DNA from: Selaginella moellendorffii
Taxonomy: Eukaryota > Plantae > Lycopodiophyta
DNA: 64,000 nt
Reading direction: 5' to 3'
Assembly: GCF_000143415.4 (NCBI RefSeq)
Contig: NW_003314310.1
Coordinates: 1,172,611 to 1,236,610, forward strand
The notes under the pieces were generated by a model. It was not told the DNA's origin, searched no databases, and saw nothing but the letters and a program-made list of their open reading frames with translations. Made by a program: the position numbers and the translations under genes. Of the stretch, positions 16,601-28,059 are shown piece by piece. The stretch's first letter is position 1. Each line of letters opens with the position of its first letter.

Positions 16601-18271
16601 TGTTCGTTTGCACTGCAAATTTGGTTGAGAACATTCCCGCACCTCTACTTGATCGCATGGAAGTTATACGGTTGGTCGGCTATATTACTGATGAGAAAAT
16701 GCACATTGCCCGTGACTATCTCGAACGCCAAGCTCGAGAAAATTGTGGGATAAAAAAAGAACAGGTAGAATCGCCTTCAATATTAACAGGTCTCCTCAAA
16801 TGTTGTTGCAGGTTGAGCTTAGTGACAGTGCTATGCACAGTCTTATAGAAACTTATTGTCGCGAGGCTGGCGTTAGAAATCTGCAGAAGCATATTGATAA
16901 GATTTATCGCAAGGTTGTATTGGTGAATTCCTTTGGAATCCTAACAGCTTTCATTTACAGATAGCGCTGAAACTAGTCCGACGTGAGCTTGATACTCCCA
17001 AGGAGGAGGAAATGAAACAGAATAACCTGGTTACGGTTGCCGAAACGAAAAGCAATGCCGAGGTATTTTTCGTACCTCATATTCTATGGTATTGAACGTT
17101 GCTTGCAGAATGACGGTGCCATCAAACTTGTGGAAGACGACTCCAATAGCATAGAGGAAGCAGAACTCAAAGAAACGCCGGTTCTGAATGAAAAGCTGGA
17201 GATACTTGCGGACGAGCTTTTGCCCGATGCAACATCTGAGAAGGAGGATATGGCCATTAAGCTAACCGACTCAGCCGTCCAGGAGGGTGAAACGCTTGAG
17301 GCCGAGACCATGCTACCGTCAGAGAAAGAAAAGGTGGATATTGCTCAGAAGTTGCCGTTGGAGAAACCACCGTGTTCAGAGCCGGAAGAAAAATTGACGG
17401 GCGTGAAGGCTTCTACTGCATCGGAAACAGACAACAAGGTACCGGATGAGTCTGCGTCGTCAGAAACCAAAGAAAAGGAGGAGGCAGAAGAGAAAAAGGT
17501 GGCAGAAGAACAGATAAAAATCAACGACACCAATCTTCACGAGTTCGTGGGAAGTCCCGTGTTCGTAAGCGACCGCTTCTACGACAAGACACCGATTGGA
17601 GTCGTCATGGGTCTGGCCTGGACAGCAATGGGAGGCTCCACGCTCTATGTGGAGACGAGTGTGATTGAGGAGGGTGAAGGTAAAGGCGGGCTCCAACTCA
17701 CTGGTCAGCTTGGGGATGTGATGAAGGAGAGCGCCTCAATAGCACACACATTTGCGCGGAAGTACCTGCGAGAGATTGATCCGCAAAACCAGTTTTTTAC
17801 AAACAGCAAACTACATCTCCACGTACCGGCCGGTGCTACGCCAAAAGACGGGCCAAGCGCCGGGTGCACTATGATCACCTCGATGCTGTCGCTGGCTCTC
17901 AGCAAGCCTGTCAACGACGATGTAGCAATGACTGGGGAAGTGACATTGACTGGCCGAGTTCTTGCCATTGGCGGGGTAAGCAGATGAGTTTTTCCTTTTC
18001 TCTTCTTGACAATACTGACTGTTGGAACTTGGAACAGGTAAAAGAGAAAACTGTGGCATCCAGGAGGAGCGCTGTGAAGACGATCATTTTTCCCAAGGCC
18101 AACAAGCGGGACTACGACGAGCTCTTGCCGCACGTAAAAGAAGGCCTCGACGTCCATTTCGTGGACAAGTATGAGGAGATATTCCAGATTGCCTTTGTGG
18201 CGAGCGGCATCAAGAGCCAGGTTGATATGTTCTCGGCCTCGCTCAAGAAGGAGGCGGCCTCTGCGGTGTAG
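13647..18271 (+). CDS. LON1: Mitochondrial Lon protease (multi-exon)
   Basis: Targeting-like N-terminus, LAN domain (RRPLFPGFY), Walker [25 protein letters not shown], and Ser-Lys dyad motifs PKDGPSAG and IGGVKEK. Confidence 0.92.
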
Positions 18272-18484
18272 CGAGAAAGAAGAATCCGGTTTCTTTCCAT
18301 TTTGTCACCCAAGAGCTAAGGTTACAGGCACAGAACACAGCATATTCGCATTTTGTACTCGCTGCACAGCTTATGTTATCAAGTCGGAGCTATTTGACAA
18401 TTCGATCGCGATCGTGGCCTTGCAGTGTCAAAATCGGGCACGTTACGTAGACTGGTCGCCATCTTGAGAAATGGACCATCGTGT

Positions 18485-18518
18485 CACGTGTGGAGACCTG
18501 AGATTTGATATATATAAA
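18485..18518 (+). promoter_or_regulatory. G-box (CACGTG) and TATA box (TATATATAAA)
   Basis: CACGTG at 18485-18490 and TATA at 18509-18518, about 40 nt before ATG 18556. Confidence 0.55.
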
Positions 18519-18555
18519 CTGTAGCGTTTCTTTCTACTGCTGGCTCTTGGAGAAG

Positions 18556-19590
18556 ATGAAGATGGCTAATAAATTTCCTGTCGCCTTGTGTTGCATGCTC
18601 TTGTGCTCTCTCGCGGCTGCTGCCACGCCTGGATCTCGTCCGCTGGTGGGCGAGCTCATCGGCACCAAGTTGTCGCTGCGCATCGGCACTCCACCCAAAA
18701 CCCAGCTCCTGCAGCTCGATCTGGACGCTCGCGTGTCCTCCATCAACTGCGGCGCCTCTCCCAGATCCTCGTACCAGGTTAGTCTCAACGCCACCGATGG
18801 CTCCAATCCCACTGGTCCCGTGACAATCCCCGGGGTCCCATTCAAATGCGGGCCACCAGTGGCTGCGCTGGGGAGAGGGAGCCAGGCGCTTCCAGCTCGA
18901 TTGTCACCCCGGAACAAGAAGATCGTCACCTATTGCCTCTCCCAGCAGGGATCCTCGCCGATCTTCTTCGGCGCGCAGGACATCAACTTCATGCCCAACA
19001 AGCGCCCCATCTCTCCGCTGCTGCAGTACACCCCCCTCGTCTCCCCGCCCGCCCGCCATAGCTACGCCATCCGGGTCAACTCGGTCAGGGTCAATGGTCA
19101 ACGGCTCCCGGCGGTCAAGCCCGCCGCCTGGGCGCTGAGCAGCACGGAGCCGTACACCCGCCTCGTCACACCTGCCTACGTGGCGATCCGCGACGCCTTC
19201 CGCAATTTGACCGTCCCGCGCGTCGCGCCCGTTGCCCCGTTTGACACGTGCTTTAACGCGAGTGGGCTCGGGTCCACGCGCGTGGGGCCCCCCGTGCCGC
19301 CAGTGGAGCTCCAGCTGGAGGGAAATGCCACGTGGACGCTGTTTGGCGCCAACACCATGGTGTTTTTGAAAGATTCCACGGTGGCCTGCCTCGCGTTTGT
19401 GGACGCCGGCCCATCATCGCCTGGTCTTTCTGTGGTTGGAACGTTCCAGCAGATGCACAATCTGGTGCGCTTGGATCTGGAGAAGCAGCGGTTTGGATTC
19501 ACCGGAATCCTCTTCTTCTACCAGACCACTTGCTCCAATTTTAACACCACCTTGGCCGCCCAAAACAGTGCCTCTGGTTTGATTTTTTGA
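18556..19590 (+). CDS. Secreted xylanase-inhibitor / EDGP / basic 7S globulin-like non-catalytic aspartic protease homolog, intronless
   Basis: Signal peptide, ATDGSNP, LQYTPL, Y.I.V.S.RVNG, LSSTEPYT, VAPVAPFDTCF, STRVGPPVP, W.LFGANTMV, CLAFVD and TTCSNFN. The catalytic DTG/DSG motifs are absent. Confidence 0.85.
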   Translation: MKMANKFPVALCCMLLCSLAAAATPGSRPLVGELIGTKLSLRIGTPPKTQLLQLDLDARVSSINCGASPRSSYQVSLNATDGSNPTGPVTIPGVPFKCGPPVAALGRGSQALPARLSPRNKKIVTYCLSQQGSSPIFFGAQDINFMPNKRPISPLLQYTPLVSPPARHSYAIRVNSVRVNGQRLPAVKPAAWALSSTEPYTRLVTPAYVAIRDAFRNLTVPRVAPVAPFDTCFNASGLGSTRVGPPVPPVELQLEGNATWTLFGANTMVFLKDSTVACLAFVDAGPSSPGLSVVGTFQQMHNLVRLDLEKQRFGFTGILFFYQTTCSNFNTTLAAQNSASGLIF

Positions 19591-19668
19591 TGTCATTGAT
19601 CGACTGAGGCGCGGCGCCCACTTGGAATAAATCAAAAACACTAGAAACAAAAATCTGGTGATCATTTT

Positions 19669-19678
19669 GCCACGTGGC
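19669..19678. promoter_or_regulatory. Perfect palindromic G-box GCCACGTGGC upstream of SMR
   Basis: Exact 10-bp palindrome about 380 nt upstream of the SMR ATG. Confidence 0.45.
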
Positions 19679-20055
19679 GGCGATCCAGCGGCGTCCCGCC
19701 AAAACCAGCCGCTGATCATTTCAAAATCCCGATTTCTCAGCCATTCGAAAGATCCCAGAAGCACCACGGCGGCGCTCTGTCGGCCCACCGACACGTTTGC
19801 CGCGCCGTGGCCGTCAAACCGGCACCAGGTGGCAGCCATCCAGCGGTCGAGCTCGAAAGGCCTTGCGCGCGGTGTCCTCTTTAAAACCCCCCTCTTGAGC
19901 GGTGGGGATTCTTCTCGAAGCTTTTTGCGAGGGCGGCAAAGCTTTTCAAGTGTCTCTCTCTCGGGCAGCAGTCGCCAACAAGAGCTCCATTCCATCCAGG
20001 TATCGAGCACTCGGATAGCGAGCGCTAGGGAGAGCAGCAGCGAGCGAGGAAGAGT

Positions 20056-20421
20056 ATGGCGCCTATTCCATCGGGCTGTGCTCCAGTGTCCACCGTCTAT
20101 CGCCAGAAGTCGTGGGACGAGGAGTTTGTGAGGAGGCTACGCAGTGAGGGGGGGAACAGCTTCAGCAACAGCAAATGCAGCAGCGGCGCAGCGATTCCAG
20201 AATCGGGCGGTGGCAATCATCACGATCAGCTGGGCGATCACGAGGATGGCTGCAAGACACCCAAGTCGCGGCAATACAGGTTGCCCGAGGATGCTCTCGT
20301 GTGCCCACCGGCGCCCAAGAAGCCACACTTGCAAAGACGGTTTTTGCCGCCAGCCGCCGCCTACTTTACTTCGCCCGAGCTGGATCTCTTCTTCAACCAG
20401 CTCGAGATCATTGCCAAGTGA
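20056..20421 (+). CDS. SMR: SIAMESE-related (SMR) CDK inhibitor
   Basis: Diagnostic motifs CKTPK, CPPAPKKP and YF..PELDLFF. Confidence 0.85.
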   Translation: MAPIPSGCAPVSTVYRQKSWDEEFVRRLRSEGGNSFSNSKCSSGAAIPESGGGNHHDQLGDHEDGCKTPKSRQYRLPEDALVCPPAPKKPHLQRRFLPPAAAYFTSPELDLFFNQLEIIAK

Positions 20422-20697
20422 GCGTGGGCTTCGGGAGCGAGCGCGCAGGACAGAAGAAAATTGAAATTTTGAGAGGGGGGAAGTAAGTAGTACATCATCC
20501 AGTGTTGTAGATATATACGATTCCTACCTTGGCCGATGCAGAGAAGCACTATAAGTAGATAGATTGAAGTTTTTCCAGCAGCCATCCTTCGAAAAACGCA
20601 AGTGGTAGTGTAGTTGTAGTTTTGGCTTGATTTTCTCACAGAACTATGGTATGTACAAAGAGATGCTCTGAGGAATTAATGAGAAACTAAGAACTTT

Positions 20698-23282
20698 CTA
20701 GCTTCATCTTGGCCAACAAAAGCCTCGACTCGCTGGCCCAGTCGGTATCGTTCACGGCACGAATCGTGATCCTCTGTCGCTTCTCGCCCAGGTACTCAGT
20801 TTGAGCAACGCTGACACGGAAAACGTAGGACGACCACACCACTTTGCTCAGCTGCGATGAGTACTGCCTCTGATCATCATCCTGTCACCACAAGTTCAGC
20901 ACCAGCGTTTCTAGAACGACAAGCTCATCTGTCCCATGCTTACTTGCGACTTGATTGTGGCTAGCTCGTCGGCACTCACGCCCAAAATCTGTTCGGCTTG
21001 ATCATTGAAGAACGAAACCCATGCATCACCGCTATGATCAGTTAGCTTGGCCAGCATTATGTATCTGCCATGCGGAAAGATTGCTGTGTCAGACATTCCC
21101 GAGTCAAAAAACGATGGAACTCACCGACGACTGGCTGTATCGAAGTGTCGCTGACAGGCCTCGCACCAGAATCGAGAGCTGTCCTCGCTAACTTTGCGAT
21201 TGCATGTACTGCACGCTGTGTACCACATGGTTTGATCCGGCTTGATGTAGCTGATGCAAGCGCGGACAGTGAAGTATGCGGCCTAGCATAAGCACCATCC
21301 ATCACCATTATAGCACCATAGATTATCATTCTTTTCTTTTACCTTTCCTTCGCCAACAGATGGGGCAGTGATGTCTGAGATATCCGCACGGTTGTCGTTC
21401 GCCGAGCCTGCTCTTTGACTCAAACCAGCACCCACCGACGTCAAGGTTGCATCTTTCCCGCTCTCGTCATACCTACAACCAATTCGATGAGTAGGACCTT
21501 CTTCTTCGTGCTTCGATAAACAGTGTGCGCCACTCACCAGGATCGAAGTTCTCGGGCCTCGGGAATGTCGGGATTTATCCACACCATACTGTTGGGAGAC
21601 GTCGACAGAGATACACCTGCTGAAACCTTGAGAACTACGAAAGATATGCTTAAGACGAAGTTTACCTTGAAAGTCATTAGCACGCACCGATCGGATTACT
21701 ACTACGGGCGCATCAGGGAGCATTTCTAGCAGCTTAGCTCCGTCCTCCACTGCAAGACTGCTCCAGAGGCTTACGGCAACCGTTTTTTGACTGTGAATCG
21801 AAAACATCCCACTTCTCTCAACCAAAACACTGACTTTAACTGCGAACAGTACCTTTGGTCGACAAGAACGATTTCTCGCTTTGCAAATTCTGTGTTGTCA
21901 ACCTTTCGCCTTACACTCATTGTCGAAGAAACCGATTGCACTATTCCAATAGCATCTGCGAAAAAAAACTGTTGTTCGAAAGGACAAATCATGCACGCCA
22001 CACGTACCAAAAAGCTCTCTCTTGTTAACATACGCCGCCAAGTCCTCAATCTTCACGAAGTTGTACTTAACCAGAGGAATCACACCAGGCTTTCCATCAG
22101 GCTCAGTCACCTCCTCTACCCCTGAGCTTGCATTCAAGGTCATCTCGTAGTCGTTCTTGACAGCGGAAAACTGCCTGTTAGCCATGCGGAGATTTCCATT
22201 CGAAACGTAGTAGACCTGATAAAGAAAAGAAGCTACACCGTCAGCATGCTTTCAGCAGGGGAATTACTCGCCTTTCCCAGCTCAAACATCGGGTAAAACT
22301 TTTCAGCCGCCTCCTTGAACATGGTAGCTTGAATCTGTGTTCCCTGAAAGAGAGCATTCCACAGTAAAACCGTCACGGACGAAAAAGCGCAAGACGAAAA
22401 AAAAACTGACATCTTCGTCTGTCAATTCGACGTTGAAAACGCTTCCCTCGCCTCTGGCATTGCGATACGTCCGCAGTGGACCTTTGCTCGTAACTCTCAC
22501 CTTGATTGTCCAACTACCTTGGTAAGGGGTTAAAGACACCAGGGGGTATACTCTCCTCGACACACCCATCCTGGCAGCTGGTGCGGCTCTGGCATTCATG
22601 TCGCAAGAAATTCAATGAAAACCACATGGTACCACAAGCCAGAGCTACCTTCCGTGCTCCTCTTGAACGATCTGAGCGGCCGACTTAACTGGTGCCGAAA
22701 GAAACTTCGGCTTTTCATCGCACTGGGTCTTCTGTGCGGACGATGATGATTCACTACCAACCTCACGATCCAGTGCCCCACTGACGACTTCGCAATCGGT
22801 GACGATGAGAGCTCTGGATGGTTGACAATACGAGCATGAGCATCACGCAAAGAAAAGAAAGAAGAAGAAAAAAATCAAAATGTGCGCATACTTGTTTGGG
22901 AGATTTGGAATCACGCTAGTGGTATGAGAGAGAACACGGATGAGACCCAAGTGTTGGATCTTCCCTGCCTCTACCTCCGCCGACATATGGGTCGGAAGCA
23001 TAGCCTTCGCTTTCATAGATCCATCGGACAGCATGCAACTGCACAAAAGAAAACCCCCAAAAGTTCAGCACGAAGATTGTGGAGCGGCAAAGCAAAAGCG
23101 TACGTGTAGCGGCCGTTGGCAATAGACTTGACATCCAACACCTGATCACGAACAAAGCAAAGAGGAGTGAAAAAAACTGGATTTAGACAATCGATTTGAT
23201 CACACACCTGAAGCACCACGGGAGTAGCGGGAGAATCGCTGAGCAAAAGAGAAACTCCGCGAGCAGTCACTTGATCCGCCAT
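20698..23282 (-). CDS. RPA1: Replication protein A 70 kDa subunit (RPA1B-like), multi-exon
   Basis: LTPYQGSWTIKVRVTSKG, VFNVELTDEDG, ANRQFSAVKNDYEM, zinc-finger YRACNRK..C and DHSGDAWVSFFNDQAE. Includes a GC-AG intron at 22216-22271. Confidence 0.9.
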
Positions 23283-23414
23283 CGCCCTGCTGGAAGTGTG
23301 CTTGCTATGCTACGAGGCACGAGAAGCAACCTAAATGCCTGGCTCCTTGCCCGCCAAAACATGAAAAAGAGCGGGAGGAATTCAAAGGAGCGCGCCAAAA
23401 AGCATTTCAAGAGC

Positions 23415-24894
23415 TCAAGAACACTGCGGTGTTGCATTTCGCAATTGCGTTATCATTTCCGAGATTGTGGAACCGGCAGTGCCATGGAAGCCCAACGAAG
23501 CGCAGCTGCAAATCGCCTCCTCCACGTACAAAAGAATGTCTGGAAGCATTTGGTGGTGAGGCGCTTGATCCTGCGTCTGCTGCTCCACCGCCACCAGCTT
23601 GGATGGATCATCGTTCCCAGGTTTGAGCGCCACCACTCTCCTCGCGGTGTCGCGCACAATCTCGTCGCCCTCCTCGAGCCGAAAGATTTGGTACTCGCTG
23701 CGCTCCGAGAGCTCTTCCAGATAAGTCCCTGTCCAATTTGCGCGTGGCAAATCCGTCATGACAAACACCGGAATGGCGCCACCACCTTCGTCTGGAACAA
23801 GGGATTCCAGCCGCAATCTCAGGCTGTCAAACGTCTTGCTCCAGTGATTCTTGAACTGCCCGTCTAGCAGCCGGAGTTGCGCACAGAAAAACTCCCGCTT
23901 GTTCATCCGGCTCCGGATATAAGCCCGTCCAGCGTCGGTTACCACCCGCGACAGTGGAAAGTGTTGGCTCGCCTGGAACACCCGGTCGAAAGCCGCGTTC
24001 CCGGACGCACCACTGAGATCGACGTGGGTCTGCGCGCCTTGATACTCCCCGGAGAAGAGGCTCCCAAACACCAAGAGCTTGGAATCGCCAGCCACGGTTC
24101 CGTCACCAAGGCTTTGGAGGATGTCGCGCTTGACTCGCCGCGCGCCGCTGAATTTCTTCGTCTTGAGCTTGACGGGCTGCTCGAGCAAACGTCGTTTCGG
24201 ACTGGTCGCTGCGTACGTCCACACTGTGTCTGCACAGCTCTCGTCCACGCAGTGCACGCAATCACTGCCAACACAGTGCGCGTGGTTGAGCATCGCGATG
24301 CATCGATCGAAGCCTCCCTTGCTTGGGCATGGAGTGGCAGTACCTGCGCATGGCGGCTCGACTCGATTTGCTCCACACCACAGGAGAGCAAACACTCGGA
24401 AGTCGATCGTCGTCACCAAGCTCTGGCTCACGGCCGAGATGTTGACGACGTCGGCGATGGAGTAGTACCTACAGGTGGTGGATCACTTCCAATCCAAAGA
24501 ACAGGCGAAGCACTCACCTGGATTGCGCGACGAGATCAGAGAAGTGGGACAATGCAGCTACCCTGAGGTGGCGAGGCTCCACGATCCGGAACTTAGGGCA
24601 GCTGCCGAGGCTGAGCGCATGGTGATCGGTGACGGGGGGAAGAATGAGGATCCTACCCAGGATGGCCGCCACGCGCACAGCATTCCGGAGCTCGCCTACC
24701 TGATTGCTGAAGCCGCTGTGTGGCGCGTACCACATATACTTCCCTGGAATGGGAATGCCAGCGGCCCCGGACAGTGACGGCGCAGCGATGATCCACACGC
24801 CATAGACGATAAGCAGCGGGACAAGGAGGAGGAAGAGGAGAGCGCTGTTGCTGCCATAGCCTACGCCTCCTCTCTCCCTCCGCCACTTTGCCAT
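23415..24894 (-). CDS. O-fucosyltransferase family protein (2 exons, intron about 24469-24517)
   Basis: Type II TM anchor, YAPHSGFSNQVGEL, CAQLRLLDGQFKNHW, VFVMTDLP and EEAICSCASLGFHGTAGST. Confidence 0.85.
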
Positions 24895-27340
24895 CGACGT
24901 CACAGCAGTGGTCAGACCACTCTAGAGGAGGCGAGTTCGATACCCGTCAACGCTGCTATGTCGTGTCGTGTAAGTCGGTGGTACGGTGCCATTGACAAAA
25001 CATTGCAGGTCCGCCTTTTTCTTTTCTCTTTCGATCTGATTGCTCAAGTTGTGTGTTTGTGCTCAGTTGTGTGAGAGGAGAGCGAGAGTGAGAGAGAGAG
25101 GACGCGAAAGAGCAGCAAAGAAGAAGAAGTTGCAATTTTCTTCCTTTTTGTGGGTACGCTGTTGTTCCAGGCATGAGTATTAAGGCTAGCTAGCTGGCCA
25201 GCACCAGACTCACTATAGATACATTTGTCGGCCAACTTAGCAAATCTTCCGGAGCGGGGTTAAGTTATGGGTCTCCATCGCATACACAGTACAAACATAC
25301 GGCTTGAATCTAGCCTATACTCTACCTTTCTTTCTGATGAGCGTATGCCGTATTGCCGCTGCACTGTAGCTAGCGCTGTTTTGGATCTTCTTTCTAACGA
25401 GGCGGGCCCGAATCGGTGGCTCGATTCTTCCACCAGCTCGCGACTGCCTACCAGACTTCGAATCTACAATACACCACAAAGAAAATGGAGAGAAGCACTT
25501 GGAAGCCGTGTGCTACGGAGCGAGCGGTAGGCCGCGAGGCTCCGTCAGAGCCGACGACTTGGCTCGAAATTTATAAATCCACCAGATGCGACTCAAGTTC
25601 CAACCGACCACACGAAGCTTGACGCTTAGGACTTCACACCAGTTTTTCCATTTTCTAGTTTTTCTTGGTGGTTCAAGCTGATGGAGTTCAAGTTGATTCA
25701 AAGAGAGTTGGAATCGATCTGTACGGCCCGTGCTACTTTGCTTCATGGTGGTCCTGTTGTGTTTTGATTTCATGGACACACGTCCGAGTCTAAAAGTAGC
25801 TCTTTGAACTGACTGCTGTTGTTGGCCAGTGTCCGTTGTCGCGTCCGGTCCTCTAAGTCTCGCCGACAGTAATCCACGGCCTGCAACCTGCTTAGTTTTG
25901 CCAATCTTTCAAGCACAATGTGATCGAGTCGATCGAGAGCATGCAGAGAGCCTTTGCTCCTGAGAAAATCTCACTTACATTGCCCCTGTAACGGAGAGAG
26001 AGAGAGAGTTGGAGTCTTCATGACATGACAAGCTACCTGAAGGTAGCAAACCAATAAAAAGGCGTTGGGGGAAAGCTTCACATCACCACCGTCCCATTTA
26101 AGAAAGGATGGATCCCCCTCTCCTCTCCTCTCCTCTCCCTCGAGTCGATCTCTGATCCCCCGTTTGCACAGTAGTGCAGTCCAACCCCCCAACGCGTACT
26201 CTGTGCTGTATCTAGAGTTTACCAAGAGTTTTACAACTTTACCACACAGGCTGAGCGCGTATACATGTATCCATCTATATCAATTGGTTCAAGCGTGGAG
26301 CCCCCCCATGGAAAGAAAAGAAAAAGTTGCTTCTTTGTAGCCATCCTAATGGTTTAAAGAAGAGCCTGTTGCAACAAACCAGAGATTTGAGCATGTAATC
26401 AAATCCCACACTTTTGTTATCGTTAGCCCAAGCAACAAGAACGACGACCGTCGGTAGGTCACGGGGAATCTCCACTCAAGCTGGCAATCACACAAACTTC
26501 TAATAACAAAAATACAAAAATAATGTACGCTGTGTAGTTGTGATAGGATGAGCCAAGGCATTATATGTTGTAATACGTTGTTGAACGTACGAGAATGGAA
26601 GAACACGAAACGTGGGCCTCGGGCTCATGCCACTCTCAGTCTGGTTTCGTTTGTTCGTTTGTTAGGCGAGTCGTTTTAAAGCGCTTGGGCGAGATGGCGT
26701 TGGAGTGTCAGCGTCGTCTCTCCTGCGCCTGCCTGCTTTGACATCCAAGCAAGCGCTGATCAAGTAGTAGAGTCCAGCTTGATCAAATACTTGTTGTATT
26801 ATGCATGGTGAATCCTACGCTGGTAAGTTTGTAAACTAAGAAAAGCCAGCTGGGTTAAGTCGGCTTGGCTGGTTGAATCCAGCTTTGCTATTCTTTTCCT
26901 GTGGATTTGAGCGTCTGAATCGCGATTCTCCGTCCGGGGGTCTCTGGGTCACTCACGAGCCAGATTTATTGGCATAGTTTCCTCTCTTCTTCCTTGATCG
27001 CCCGCCCGATGTTGCTCTTGCCGCGATTCGATCCGGAATGGTAGGTAAGTGTGTCAAAACTGTGGTGGCCTGGCCTGCTGCTGCTGCTGTGCTTCCGCTG
27101 CAGTGGTGGTGGTGTTGCCGACGAGCTATCAAAGTCTGGTAATGGGGCCACCGGCACCAACCTTGTGCCATGGGGAGAGGGTTAAACTATGGCGGGATTA
27201 ACAATGTAGATTAATTGCTCCATGCTAACAACAACTCGGTCCAAAAAGCTGCCTGCTGCGCACACTACTAGTATACATTTCTTCGTCCACGGACAACAGC
27301 ACCCCTCTTTCCTCCATCAAACCCTCTCCTCCCTCTCGCG

Positions 27341-27373
<33 letters not shown>

Positions 27374-27460
27374 GCAAATTTAGGCCTCTTCTTTCGATCG
27401 CAGGTTCACGGGAGAAAGAAGAAAAGAAGAAGAAGAGGAAGAAGAAGAGGAAGAAGAGAG
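27341..27460 (+). repeat. (CT)n then (GAA)n microsatellites upstream of CSLA
   Basis: CT run at about 27341-27365 and GAA/GAG run at about 27414-27460, typical of plant 5' leaders. Confidence 0.8.
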
Positions 27461-28059
27461 GGAGGCCTAGCTAGCTAGCACGCACTATTTGCATTTGGAG
27501 TGGACGAGCACTTTCCCTCACTCACATTCACACATTGCAGCTTTTCATCAGCTCCCGATCAGCTTTCCTTTGGCTTGTGTCTCACTCGACTCGACTCGAC
27601 TCCACTCTTTGGCGACAAGGCCGGCTGACCGAGGCCGCTGTCCGTCGTCAGGCAACTGGATCTGTGCCGCTGCCGCAGCGTGCGAAGTTGGGGACCGGGA
27701 ATATCCGTCGCCAAGGGCACTGTGACGAAGTCCCTCCAAGGATTTGCATTCTTCATGCAGCAGCTAGCCAAATGTACGTGATCCTTGGCTCCAGGCAGGG
27801 GGTTGAGATTCAGATTGGGGGTCCAAGAATGAATTGGTGGTATAGCAGCATAGCTAGTTACTAGAACATCGATTCGCTCGCGTCTGCTCAGCTCAATTTT
27901 GGGTTGAGCCAGACAAGCTATAGTACTTCTCTGGGCCGCAATGCAGCTTGCATAAGCCAACAGATCGGGAGCTCCCTCTCTCTAGTGGTAGCTGCTGGCT
28001 AGAGAGAATTAAGCACCCAGCAGCAGAGGCTAGACACCATCTTGGTGTTTGCATCCGCA

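Noticed and set aside
24905-24950. tRNA-like GAGTTCGATACCC and a short palindrome in the OFUT leader
   Set aside because: No acceptor, D or anticodon stems.
25670-25815. miR396-like fragments and partial complementarity
   Set aside because: Only 8-9 bp stems; no continuous miRNA-type hairpin.
27882-27915. 14-bp GU-containing hairpin upstream of CSLA
   Set aside because: Too short for a miRNA precursor and plausible by chance.
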